DNA from: Octopus vulgaris
Taxonomy: Eukaryota
Assembly: GCA_951406725.2 (NCBI GenBank)
Contig: OX597818.1
Coordinates: 64,976,001 to 65,040,000, forward strand
Direction of reading: 5' to 3'
DNA: 64,000 nucleotides
Below are positions 25,625 through 39,542 of the stretch, piece after piece (the first letter of the stretch is position 1; the number at the start of each line of letters is the position of its first letter). The notes under the pieces are model-generated. The model did not search any database, was not told the origin of the DNA, and saw only the letters and a program-made list of their open reading frames with translations. The position numbers were made by a program, and so were the translations under genes.

Positions 25625-27769
25625 TGAAGTCTTTCGCCTTCTCCCAGTACCTCATCCGTTGCCCTTATGGCTTCTGTTTGGTTCAACAGTGCTGGATTTC
25701 GTACACTTCCGGTTTAGTTTGACGCTATAAGGAGACAATAACGAGGAATATTAATCTAGATTAGATAAGACTATGACAAACATGGTTTCCTTTATTCACA
25801 TGAGTACATGTCGAAAACTGAATTTTAATAATCTATAATGATTTTTAAAATCAATTACCGTGAAATTCTGTGAATTCTGTTATCGAATGTGCTTCCATCA
25901 TTTCAGATGTTTCAAATTTTGTAAGTTATGACACCGCTTGCTTAGATTTAAATATATCTATTGAAATAGTCTATAGTGTGGAAGGCCAACAATTATGAAT
26001 TTCAAACCCAGGGAAAAATTGAGCAATCGTAATACTGCATCACCGGTCAAATAGGACGGCAATTACAAAGACTTGTTTTATCTGCAATCGTGCGAATAGC
26101 ATATGAAAATATACGATAAATTGTTTCCCAAATAAACTACGTCGACGTTCTCACCACAGTGGTGCAATATAATATCTGTGCACAGAAACTAAATTTTACA
26201 TCTATTAATAGTGTTATGTATACTTTTGTCGCATTTGTATAAACTAGTGGCGTTTATCTGTAGGAGAGGCCAATTGTGCAAGAACACATCCAATATTTCC
26301 AGTCTATCGGAAAATTGCATTTATCACATGATGAAATTATGTTTTGGATTTCTACAAAATGTTGGTGCATGTTTTTGAACATCAGATTACGACTGAAAGT
26401 TTAACTTTGTTTATTTTCAGTTTATTAATTCAATGAATATTCCTCCATGTTTTAAACAATTGTCAAGTAATTGGTAAAGACGGAAACATCATATAACCTG
26501 AACTTTTTTTACTTAACGTATCAAAACATTTAAAATATTTTGATGAAGTAACTTAATTCAAGTAAAGTCCTCAAAAACAAAACTATTTAAAACAAAATGA
26601 AAATACCACAATTATTCAAAGCAATATTTCTTTTCCAAAATGTTGTGTAAATGTTAAACACCATATGTTTCGAATAAAGTAGAATGTCACAGATATTGTG
26701 TATCATGACAGGCTGACGTGCTTGACATACGAGAAACTCAAGCTAAAATGGTTTACGTTATACTTTGTTGTTCAATTTTAGCTTCTGAAATGATGCAATG
26801 AATATGAGCAATAAAAATGAAATAAGAGTTGTATTAAGTATTACATTTTATACGATGTCAAATATTAAATACAACAAAACATTTCTTTAATTATGTTTTT
26901 CTAACATTTACGCAATCATTCAATTTTATTTCCATTCAGATTATCTCGTTATATTTCGTTTTATTCAAAAGAGCAATGAAGTAGATTATATGTCACATGG
27001 TATCAAGTAACTTCACTGAAAATTGAAATAATGAAATCAGAGAAAATATTATATCAAGAAAAAAAAGTCTTTTAGTTTATATATTATAGGTGCTTCACTT
27101 AATATTAACCGGAATGATATTAAAATAAACTTCTAATCCAGGAGAAATATTGCTGTAGATACCATTAAGATATTCTGCTAAATTAAATACTAATTAAAAT
27201 CAGATGATAATAAAATTTGGACTAAATAGTCTATTCATAATAATTTCTTACTTTTAACACAATCAACTGGCAAAATATAAACATTATATAGAACACAAAA
27301 TTTTGATAAAATCTCAAAATATTCCTTTATCGTATATGTAGAATTAAAAGTGAGGTTTGATTCTACATAGTATTACAACTATTGATTGGTCTGTAGTTAA
27401 CACACTGGAATTATATAAATATATATATGAAGAAACTTTCACACACACACACGCACACACACACAATATATATATATATATATATATATTAATATATATC
27501 TAATGTAGGATAAATTTTTTTGAAAACAATTCTTTTCGAAAAAAAATTTATCAATGGCCAGCATGTTAAAAAATACATTTAAAGGTTAAATTTATAAACA
27601 ATTCATAATTAAGGGCAATAATGGAATTTTTAGAAATTTCTGTCGACCTTTTTTCGAGTAGCGTGCGTATTGTGAAAAAAAAATTATATGGTTAATGGAC
27701 AATATGTCCAATTTTTCGGCATATTTGGCATTTGAAATTTTTTCGTTTGCCCTTACTTATGAATTGTAT

Positions 27770-27770
27770 A

Positions 27771-27824
<54 letters not shown>

Positions 27825-27868
27825 ATATGCATATATACATACGTATATATACATACTTACATCTATAC

Positions 27869-27913
<45 letters not shown>

Positions 27914-28062
27914 CATATATATATGCACATGTTGGCACAGGACGTCACGAAATGTGTGGAAGAAAATACACACCCTCGCACATTATACATTTATATATAT
28001 GCATATATACATACGTATATGTACATACTTATATCTATACGTATATATCTATATCTATCTAT

Positions 28063-28122
<60 letters not shown>

Positions 28123-28124
28123 GT

Positions 28125-28155
<31 letters not shown>
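27770..28155. repeat. (TA)n tract containing local duplications
   Basis: atgcacatgttgg.acaggacgtcacgaaatgtgt occurs at about 27923 and 28155. Confidence 0.85.
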
Positions 28156-28161
<6 letters not shown>

Positions 28162-28790
28162 TGTTGGTACAGGACGTCACGAAATGTGTACAAGAAAAAT
28201 ATACGGAGGACGAGTACATGGAATATTAACAATTTTTCTAACAACGAAAGACAAAAACGGAATATAAGACAAACAACGTAAAGAACGACCCTTCATCAGT
28301 TTTTGGCTGTTTCTCTACTCTCGTATTTCGAGCATTTAGCAACAATACACGCTTTCGATAAAACAGTTGCTCCCGCAATGCAAATGAAATGAAATTTGGA
28401 ATTTTGTGGTGGGTCAAAATTGGTAACACAAAGACAACAGTGAAAAGTAACAGGACGGGCTGCTACGCCTAAAGGAATTTGTGGTGGTGAACGCATAAAG
28501 CAGGCTTGGACATGAAACAGACAAGAACACGTCGTCCTTGTAGCAGCTACAACGGAGAGAAAGAAAGTAACACATGTTAGCAGAAGAAAGAAAGGTGGCC
28601 GATAGTCATGTGGGAGCCAGGTGAGCAAGGGAGGAGGAGTGAGGGAGAGAGGGTGACACAGTAATAGGATAGAATAGTAGGAGTAGAGGGGGTACAGGAA
28701 TAAGAGAGAGAAATAGAGAGAAATGAAAGTGTAGAAAGATCGTATAGAGTGCGCATCAGAATTATTAAGATAAAACTTAAGACGATGCGC
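28155..28790 (-). mobile_element. TA-inserted element of the 8664/58950 family, possibly PLE terminal-repeat related
   Basis: Shares ggtacaggac.tca and cttcatcagttt...tctactc with the 58950 and 8790 copies. Flanked by (TA)n on both sides. Confidence 0.6.
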
Positions 28791-28861
<71 letters not shown>

Positions 28862-28883
28862 TGTATATATATATATATATGTA

Positions 28884-28950
<67 letters not shown>

Positions 28951-30337
28951 GTATGCATGTATGTATATTTCTGTGCGCACGTTTGTGTTCAGGTCTGAGT
29001 ACTTCTATGCATCTGTGTTCAAATATAACACAATAAATATTACTGATGTATTGTTTACTATATTTAAGATTCTATTGAATTGGAAAAATTTGTCGAAAAT
29101 TATATTATTTTATTCAGGAGATCTTTTGAGCGAATAGAAACTGCATGAAACCAAACATAAAGGGCAGTGGTTTTGTGTGTAAAGCGACGGGATTTTATAT
29201 CATAAACCGATATAATGTACCTGTTGATTTGTGTCATTTTTAAGAGGCATCTACGCATACATGTATGCCAAGAATAAAAACAACACGATAAAAGAAAATT
29301 ACAATTGGAGACATGTAAATGTAATTTCGTCTTGCAAATTCAAGACACTTTATGATATAAAAAATACCTGGATTTTAATAAAACTTTGAATAATGTAGCT
29401 CCTAGTCTAAGAATTTTGCAAAGCTTTTTATCAGCGTAAAACTAGTTAATACCTTGATCTATACCTTTCATATAACTCTTTATGATTTTATTCGCTGTCT
29501 TCATTAAGAGAATATTATGAAAATTCTATAGAATTAAAAACGGCACACACAAACACACGCACACATCTTCAGACAAATATGTTATGCTTAAGAAGCCATG
29601 TAAATCATTTAACAATGTACAGCAAAAATTACGTCTATAAAAAATGACGATTAATGAATAATTAAGAAAAAAAATATATTTGCAAATTTGAAAAAAAAAT
29701 CTAACCGATTGTAAAGTTTGTTGTCTGAGAAAAACTTCGTTATGATTTATTGATTCTTGAGTGACTCCTAAGTTGAACCAATGCCAGAATTTATTGCCCT
29801 GTTTCTAAATGTAATCCCACGTGTTGACTCTAAGAAATGTTGTTTTATGTTGTAATTTTTTTCCTTTCTTTATTTCCCCGTATTTGTATTTGTATTGTCG
29901 AAGTCGTTCTGCTACAAATATTGACCGACATATTTTCCTATTTATCTCCCTCCCCTCTACCCTTCCATTTCTATTCCCATCCACCTGTCTTTTTGTCTTC
30001 ATCTCTATCTTTCTCGCTCTGTCTATGTCTTTCTTCTTTGTCAAAAATTTCTTTTCCTGCATTTATTTTTAATTCATTAAAGCAATGTAAGCAATCTATT
30101 TCTGTAGCATTTTTGCGTATCAAATGATTTTTAAAATTTCTACAAAGATGTGTAGGATTTCGATTTTGAGGAAAACAGTAAAGCAACGTGTAGATGTTTA
30201 TAGTATATGGTTTAAAGTATATAATTAATTTATAGTTATTAATAATATACTTTTACATTCAGTTGCTTCCTGCTTTGTTATTTGAAACATTCAGGACCAT
30301 TTTCATGCCTATTTTTTATGAATATAAATCTGCATTA

Positions 30338-30541
30338 AGGCGGCGAGCTCACAGAATCGTTAGCACGCCGGTCGAAATGTTTTTGTCTGCCGTTACGTTC
30401 TGAGTTGAAATTCCGCCGAGGTAAACTCCACTTTTCATCATATCGAAGTCGAGAAATTAAGTACTCGTTGCGTACTGGGGTCTATCTAATCGACTGGCCC
30501 CCTTCCCCAAAATTTCAGGCCTTGCACCTAGAGTAGAAAGG
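30338..30541 (+). mobile_element. SINE family B
   Basis: Family motifs present. TSD aatataaatctgcatta / aatacaaatctgaatta. Confidence 0.9.
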
Positions 30542-31200
30542 AATACAAATCTGAATTATTTGCTTTTTAAAGCAAAATATGTATATAATGACTAGCGGTA
30601 TTGTGTTACTGGATTTACGTTAATCTATTTACGTTAATCTAATACATAACTATTTACAATGATAGGCATATTGAAATGCGTACTATTTAGTGTATGTACT
30701 TTATTATCTGAGAACGCAGCGTCTCAAATTGGAACCAATTACAGGCACATGACCAAACCAGTGCACCGTTTATCATACGAATGCTCATTGGCAGCTCTGT
30801 TTGCAAACAACTTTTCCTTGACTCAAATATTTTTCTCCAGGGGATTTACATCGAGTTCTTGGCTCTTGTATATTTTTTTAGGCTTCGTATTTAAACGTTA
30901 TGTTTTCAGTTCAGCTATAAGCTTTATCGAGTTTCTTTCATTATTCATGCAAAAAGAAACGTTAGAATGGTCATGGAATCTCACTTAGTGATGATGTACG
31001 TAACTTCGTAGATTATTTCAATGTCTAAATTTGCTGTTTTTATGTGTCGCTCGAATTTAAAAACACACGCCACACAATTTTTCTTGCCGGCTCCAACGCA
31101 TATTTTGCGGCCAAATAGACTTTAACTACGTTATGTATACAATGCAAAACTAGAATCGAAGCACGGCTGTTTTCTACTTGTATCTAGAATTGAGATACAA

Positions 31201-31803
31201 CAAAGGCGGTGAGCTGGCAGAATCGTTAGCACGCCAGGCGAAATGCCTAGTGGCATTTGGTCTGCCGTTACGTTCTGAGTTCAAATTCTGCCGAGGTCGA
31301 CTTTGCCTTTCATCCGTTCAGGGTCGATAAATTAAGGACCAGTTAAGCACTGGTGTTGATGTAATCAACTTAACCCCTTTGTCTGACCTTGTTTTTTCCC
31401 CTAAGTGCTTAGCGCCTAGTGTGCATTAAATAAATATAAATCGTTAGCATACCGGGCGAAATGCTTAGCGGTATTTCGTCTGCCGCTATGTTCTGAGTTC
31501 AAATTCCGCCGAGGTCGACTTTGCCTTTCATCCTTTCGGGGTCGATTAAATAAGTACCAGTTACACACTGGGGTCGATAAAATCAACTTAATCCGTTTGT
31601 CTGTCCTTGTTTGTCCTCTCTGTGTTAAGCCCTTTGTGGGTAGTAAAGAAATGGGTATTTCGTCTGTATGTACATTCTGAGTTCAAATTACCTTTCATCC
31701 TTTCCGAGGACGATAAATTAACTACCTGTTACGTACTGGAGTCGATCTAATCAACTGGCTCCCCCACCACAAAATTTCGGGCCTTGTGCATAGAGAACAA
31801 AAC
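31201..31803 (+). mobile_element. Tandem or nested trimer of SINE family B
   Basis: Three ttctgagttcaaatt cores. Outer TSD attgagatacaa / attgagatataa. Confidence 0.88.
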
Positions 31804-33331
31804 ATTGAGATATAATGAATGCACTAAGAATATATCGGCTTCATTCCACAAATCATTGAATATATCAATTAATGGATATCAGCATGAAGGTTCATCTTTG
31901 AATAAACTACATCTGCGACGTAAAAATTGTGTCAGTTTCACCCAACCTGATGTCATTTACACAGGTGTTTGGAGTAAAGGAAGGATCACTTGGTGCTATA
32001 GTAATGTTTCTCCTTCAATATATTAGTGACATCAAACACAGTCAAACATCAATCCATTAAACGCCTAATAAGGTTTTCTTCATATCAGCAGCATCTTTTA
32101 AATAATATTTTACAGACCAGACAATTTTAAAGCGTTAAACTCAGTAGAATACTCCAGTTCTTTTCTATTGTTCTACACCTGAAGTAGAAACTACATCTTA
32201 ATTATGAAATGTGGAACACTGTATTGAAAATAGTGTAAGACACAGTGATTTCGCTCAATTTTCATTCCTCCTACATTAGAATTTCACTAGAAATATTCGC
32301 ACAAAATGTTCGTCGAACTATCTTGTTACGATGCTCATAAACTTATGCACAAAATGGGACTTTCATGAACATTCGACAGCATCTCTCAGGGAATATTATT
32401 TATGGAGATTGTTAAGACAATACAAATCTGTCATCCAGGCATTTGCTGATCGATGCATATTTGTTAATGTTGTTTTGCTGAGAAAATTTCGTCCATTGTC
32501 AAGCTTTCTCATGAATAAATCTGATTGTGTTGCAGGGACTACTGAGGGAGAAATGATTCATTTTTATTGCATGGTTTCAGAGCTCTTTAGCTAATACCCT
32601 CACCGACGGACAAAAAGAGAGCAATGTAATGAGAATTATCACACGAAGTTGGGATAATCCTATCAATACCATATTAAATAAATTAGATTAAATGTGTCAC
32701 AACTAATTAGCCTGTTGGGAAACCGTGCGTTTAAGGTACCTTGGCCTTATTGATCGTTTTATTTATCCAAACTGCCTTATCTGGTAAGCTAAATACTCGT
32801 ATGAAGAACCGTTTTGTGTTAGAATAGACTATCAGCAACTGAAAAATATATCAATGCGCGATGAATAAAGGAAGACGGTATACGTCCCATTAATTGCAGC
32901 GAGTTACTCTCTGAGACATTATTGAGCAGGGTGTTCTGTTTAGAAAGCAGAACTATACGAATATATGTGTGCTAACGAGCTGGGATTATTATAAAAGCCA
33001 GTCCAAGACACGTTTTTAAAACTATTGAGTTCCTATTGCGGTGTTACTTTCTCATCTTCAAGGTAATTTTCAAGCGTCGTCAATCAGCGGTGTAGCGTCC
33101 AATGCTACAGAGAGACGAGCAAGGAAAGGGGTTCAATCGAATAGGTAGCAACGATATTTTCTTTAAACGAATCTCTTCATTCAGTTTATTGAATTCCTAT
33201 ATACCAAGTCCGAAAGAATAGAACATTTTCTTTAGTTTCCTTTAAAATGATCATTAGAAATCCACTGGATTCACTAATAAATCTCTTTGTCTTCTATGAT
33301 CTCTCCTTATGTTACCATGCTGTAGTATAGG

Positions 33332-33368
<37 letters not shown>

Positions 33369-34244
33369 GTGTGTGTGTGTGTGTGTGTATCTAGATAGAT
33401 AGACCGATATAGCTATACATACACACATATGCATACTGTGATGTCAGTGTATGTGTTAGGTAATGTATGATATGATTCAATAGTTAACATTAAACTGAAG
33501 GATTACTTAATACATCTAATAAGGTACATATTTGTTTAACGTTTACAGTCGACAGTTTGTAAACAAATCCGACAGTCTGCAACCAAATCCAAACTTCAAA
33601 GCCACTGTCGATATTTTTTAGTTAAATTAACTATATAAGTAAAATAGTTCATAATATATAACATATATAAGCACAAGCAAACGGGCAGCAGACACAGGTC
33701 AGCAAATTTTCATTGGTTATCAACCAAATGCTCTCAGAAATTACGCACCCTTTACGATAACATCGACCCTGATTGGTGACGACAGCGATGAGAAGCCGCC
33801 GGGAAATAGCGAACCGACCATCAGGGGACCAATCATGAGATAAAGTGAACTTACATATATGTAATATATATGCAATAAACAATATGCAAACGTAATAACA
33901 TTTAAAATTGACGCGGGATAACGAAGAAAACAAACGAGTCGAAATGTGGACTTACGAATTTTATAAGATAAATAAACATAATAAGGCCTTGGGGCTAGAT
34001 AGTCGATGATAAAATATGGTTAGAGCTATGAGAAATATCCTAAAACATTAGAAAGAGAGGGAGAAAAGAGACGCTACGAAACGTTGAAAATGGGAGACGA
34101 TAGAATCACAACCATAAATGTAGGTATGCATGTATGTATTCATGCATATATGTATGTGTGTTGGTATGTATGTATGCATGCATATATGGTGTATATGTAT
34201 GTATACATGCAAGGATATGTATACATCACGGGAAATTGGTGATA

Positions 34245-34648
34245 TGTGGTAAGTAGCTTGCTTACGAGCCACATGGTTTCGGGTTCAGTCCCACTGCGTG
34301 GCACTTTGGGCAAGTGTCTTCTACTATAGCCTCGGGCCGACCAAAGCCTTGTGAGTGGATTTGGTAGACGGAAACTGAAAGAAGCCCGTCGTATATATGT
34401 ATATATATGTATGTATGTGTGTGTATATGGTTGTGTGTCTGTGTTTGACCCCCCACCATCGCTTGACAACCGATGCTGGTGTGTTTACGTCCTCGTAACT
34501 TAGCGGTTCGGCAAAAGAGACCGATAGAATAAGTACTGGGCTTACAAAGAATAAGTCCCGGGGTCAATTTGCTCGACTAAAGGTGGTGCTCCAGCATGGC
34601 CGCAGTCAAATGACTGAAACAAGTAAAAGAGTAAAAGAGTAAAAGAGT
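34245..34648 (+). mobile_element. SINE family A, best-preserved copy
   Basis: tRNA-like head (tgtggtaagtagcttgc...gggttcagtccc), internal TA/TG tract, and (gtaaaaga)n tail. Confidence 0.92.
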
Positions 34649-35504
34649 ATATATATATAAGGCATAATGGATTGAATATATAAGATATATAAAAATGTGC
34701 AAAGATGGCTTTGATAAATATCAAAATTCCTCTTATGAACAGGTTTAATGAGAGACATTATCTGTGAGATTTTAATTACGTATGACCAACACTACGAAAA
34801 AAATATTTTGTATGCAATGTTAGTATTGCTAATGCACATGGACAATCCAATTTGGATGTATTCATCTTGATATTCAGTAATCTATCATCACATTGGTAAA
34901 TGGTACGATGTATAGTATATTTTTCAAATATTGCAATTACAATCAAACATATTTCTTTGAATATCGTAATATATGTGAGGTTAGGTGCCATAAAATACAC
35001 TTTAATTACATTATAAATGTAAACATAGTTTATATGAATAATTTCCTTTATTTGAATGCAATTAATGTTGAATAAAAAGGCAATTGAAAACAATATGAAT
35101 TATTTTTAAATGAAATAAAACCAAAATGAAAGACACTAGAATTGAAGCGAGTTAGAATAAGGAAAGCGAATGCCTATAACTGAATATACATATATATACG
35201 CGTTGCTTCGTATATCAAATATCAAAATAATTAAATTATTCTAATTAATTTATAGAAAACTTAGAGAATGATAAAATAAATAAGAGCAAGAAATAGATAA
35301 GCAAAATATTAATTACATCTAAAAATATTTTAGTAGTGTATTGAAATTTGAAATATTGATTGGGTTTGGTTTTATTGTTAATTATGCGATATATGGTTGG
35401 TTTTGACAAGTTCCTGACATTTTAACCTACTATTCAAAACAGGAAACCTATACAAGTCTACGTAAAATATAAATCTACAGGGATATTTTTTGGTAAATAA
35501 ATAA

Positions 35505-35802
35505 TCATGTGCATTATTTACATTTGACGAATATTTGTCCTCATCTTGTTTTTTGTTAACACAACGCTTCGGCTGATATACGTTCCAGCCTTTATCAGTT
35601 GTCTTGCGGAAATTTTGAACCCTGGGTTCTAATTCCTAAGGTATTTTTCGATGTTATTATTATTATTATTAGTAGTAGTAGTAGTATTAGTATTCAGGTC
35701 ACTGCCTGGTATCGAACTCGGAATCTTTCCCGCGCTCTTTACCACAGCGACATATGTAAATAAATAATATACATAATTCATCGTCTCTTTAATATAGAAC
35801 TG
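35505..35802 (-). mobile_element. SINE family H, uninterrupted, with inverted 3' extension
   Basis: Tail 35505-35653, mutated HHR at 35558-35603, AAT/TAG spacer, head 35693-35756, then plus-strand acataattcatcgtctctttaatatagaactg. Confidence 0.85.
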
Positions 35803-36728
35803 AAATAGTGATGTTTTCGGACATATTGGTTTCAAATTTGGGTGCAAGGCCAGCCCAGCAATAATCGAGGAGGGAGTAAGTCGTTTACATGGCCCCTATT
35901 GATTAACGGCTACTTATTTGATCGATTCAGAAAGGAGTAAAGACAAATTTGAACTCAGAACGTAAAGATTTACAATATTTGAAACATGAATAGACGCGAA
36001 ATTATTTATTTTATATCGAAATGCGAGAGAGGCAAAAAATAAAAAAAATTCTCTGTGTTATACTATTTATATTTTTGACTTTTAAAGGGGAAATTTGATC
36101 TCGTAGTACCCAACCGTCAAAACATTATTATTGGATATAAAATTAATAATTATATTGAGCGATAACTTTGTTCATATCTCTCACGCTTGTATGGCCCATG
36201 GTGAATGCCAACATTGTCATTATCTTTCTTGTCAAAAAGAAATAAGATTTCTGCGCTCAGATTTGGTTCTCAAATTTCAATTTGCTTGCAGCCAATACGA
36301 AAGCGGAGACAATAATTGAAATATATAGTTGTCTAATAAATACTATCACTGAAGAATTTGTTTTTGGTTGATGGAATACGTGACCATTTGACTTCTACCT
36401 ACTTTGGTCCGAACAATTGGCTCCAAATTTGCGTGAAATATTTCCCCGAAATAAATTTTTCTGAATATTAATTTATCAAATAATTTTGCGAATATTTTCA
36501 AATACTGCATATGATTTGTATATGTATTTAATAAAAAGTTTCTATGATTGGAACAGAACTTTGTGTGAAAATGTGATTTGAATATCTAAATCATGAAATG
36601 TAACCCAATAATCACGGTACTGAATATTTCTAGATTTTCAAAGAAATCATTCTGCTTTGATAAAATACAAATAGTATGAAATATTTCTTATTAATAAACA
36701 ACTGAAATAACAACGTACCATTAATATA

Positions 36729-36959
36729 TATTTCTTTACTGCCCACAAGGGGCTAAACATAGAGGGGACAAACAAGAACAGACAAAGGGATTAAGTCGAT
36801 TACATCGACCCCAGTGCGAAACTGGTACTTAATTTATCGACCCCGAAAGGATGAAAGACAAAGTCGACCTCGGCGGAATTTGAACTCAGAACGTAACGGC
36901 AGACGAAATACGGCTACGCATTTTGCCCTGCGTGCTAACGTTTCTGCCAGCTCGCCGCC
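36729..36959 (-). mobile_element. SINE family B, near-complete
   Basis: Highly similar to the 5153-5385 copy. Confidence 0.92.
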
Positions 36960-36969
36960 ATTTAATGCG

Positions 36970-37188
36970 CCCTTTTTAAAGCCTAGCCAGGCTCATGGGC
37001 CCGGTTTCCCGATTTCTGTGGCGTATGTGTTCTCCAGCGTTACTCATTTTTGCCAGCTGAGTGGCCTGGAGCAACGTGAAATGAAGTGTTTTGCTCAAGA
37101 ACACAACACGTCGCCTGGTCCAGGAATCGAAACCACAATCTTACGATCATGATGCTGACACCCTAACCACTAAACCACGCGCCTCCAC
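36970..37188 (-). mobile_element. tRNA-derived SINE family C (V-domain-like core)
   Basis: Minus strand: gtggaggcgcgtggtttagtggttagggtg...gtttcgattcctggacc...cttgagcaaaacacttcatttcacgttgctccag. Confidence 0.8.
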
Positions 37189-37899
37189 CGAAAAGTTAAG
37201 TATTTCATACGCAGCCGCAATATTATTCTCGAACTCAAACATTTGCATAAGACTATGTCAATCGCTTATACAGTTTATTTTGCCTAACCACGTTGTTAAC
37301 ATTTTCTTAACATTTAGTAAGAAGCATTGCGGCAATATTGAAAACTATAACTATTTTTTTCTCCTTTACGAAATGATAAAACTAGTAATATTTTGTATGC
37401 TTTCGATGTCACAATAATTTCTGTCACTAAAAAAGCAACGTTCAGAAAATCACAACCGGTTCTTCTCAGACATTCGTGATAGTGGATTTCGTAAAAAAAT
37501 ATATATATAATGATACATTTCAAATGATATTTTGTTTTCATACTCATAAATTCCTCCTCTGTTATGAAATATAAAATTCTATTTCCTCCTGATAGTGTCG
37601 CAGCAACATCGGCGTCGTAGTAGCTGCATGACCTGGCACTCCACATAAGTAATGACGTTTCGTGTGCGTAATCCAACGATGACAATGAGCAGGGGAACGT
37701 GGGGTTTGATTGTAAGATCATTCATAATAAGGGGAAAAGGGATATATGCTGGTCCTATTGCCAACATTATTCGTTCTCGCTAGCTAGATTTATTGATCCC
37801 TAATATAGTCGCCGCAAGATATGAAGAATTCGATGTTATCTGGCTTTAGAAAGAATGCTTCACTGAAACTTCCGGACGAACTTCGGCAAAAGGCTGAAG

Positions 37900-39050
37900 A
37901 AAGCGACGCCTGACATAGTAGAGAAGAAAGGCGATATAAATAAATGATATACATGTAATAATAAAGTAATAATACGATTCCTTAAAACAACCTTAACAAA
38001 CACAAAAATAACTACACACACAAAGTGAAAACCTACACAACATAATCCCAAACCATTAGATAGAACTAAACGAAACCCAGGCACATTAGAATCAACCATG
38101 TTTTAGAGGAAACTTGTAACATACAACAAATTAAATCCAATTGTCACTCCAGACTCTCAGACAAAGAGACTTTACCGAAAATATAAAAACCATGACGTCT
38201 TTTGGAGCTCCAACAACTCATCTGAGACAACAAAACAATTTTTCACCACACTTGACCGCTGTTTCCCTAAAAGTGGAGTGTACAGCAAAATATTCAACCG
38301 TCACACTATAAAACTATCCGATGCAAATAACTATATATGCATCAAACTTTGAACAGCATATTCATAGGATTAACAACCGTAAACTAAGGCGAATATTAGC
38401 TCTGAAAATTGCCTTCTCGACATCAAACGTAACTTATATGACCAACCAGCAGAGCAATAATTACAATATCAGTGATAACCATCCAAAGAATAACACTAGC
38501 AACAATTCAAATAATAGACCGAGAACACCAAGTGATAATAAAAGGATAATATTGAAAACCAAAATACCGAGCACAGCCAATCCTTCCAACGCTCGATGTA
38601 CACAAGCCAAAAATATCAAACGGCGATAGATCCAATTGTCTTTTGGATAACTAATGCATGACTAACAACGTGGTATAGAAGTGCACTATAAACACTAGAG
38701 AAGGCCGATTTAAAAAAAACCAAAACCAAAACCAAAACCACATCGCCAGCTTTCGCAATATCCTTAAACGACATGTAACATCGCTGGCAGATTTTATCTG
38801 GAGGTTTAAGGAAGCGAGTCAAAATACGAACTTATATGGTCCATAGTTAGGCATGCGAGTCCCTACAACACTATATCACAGAAATACCAGTTATGCTCCG
38901 AAAAGCGCATTATGTAGAAATTTATTGAGCAATTACCCAGATGCCTACACGCAGCTGAACTTACATTCACATATTACAAACCTGACCATACATCACTTGA
39001 TGTATATATCGCGCCCACAATTCTTAAATCACCTGAACATGAGGAACTGT
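37900..39050 (+). pseudogene. Degenerate Penelope-like element (Neptune-type linker and GIY-YIG region)
   Basis: FFTTLDRCFPKSGVYSKIFNRHTIKLS at 38239-38319, C...CMTNNVV*KC at about 38640-38690, and HIASFRNILKRHVTSLADFIWRFKE at about 38739-38815. Confidence 0.75.
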
Positions 39051-39100
39051 AGTTGAATAACTTTATTGGACATATGATCTGGCAATATAGATCTGCATAC

Positions 39101-39144
<44 letters not shown>

Positions 39145-39302
39145 GTATGCAGATCTAAATTGCCAGTACATATATATATATATATATATATATATGTGTA
39201 TGTGTGTGTGTATGCATATGTGTACGTATATGTGTACGTATATGTGTGTATACGTGTGTGTGTGTATATGTACATATATATGCGTCTATGCGCATATATA
39301 TA

Positions 39303-39353
<51 letters not shown>

Positions 39354-39474
39354 GGATTAATCAGCCGAAATTTGCTAGGATGCTCCGGTTCCTGACTGAA
39401 GATTAGAGGCTTCGAATGACCCGTCCTTTTTTTGTGTCGTCTCTTTGTGTATTTTGCGTTTTTGTCCCATTTTG

Positions 39475-39542
<68 letters not shown>

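Noticed and set aside
32200-32800. Possible pogo/Tigger relic (minus-strand NAWMT)
   Set aside because: A single short motif is too degenerate to support a call.
39350-39480. TA-embedded segment with ctgactgaag...cgaa
   Set aside because: No GAAA box or convincing stems, so it cannot be called a ribozyme.
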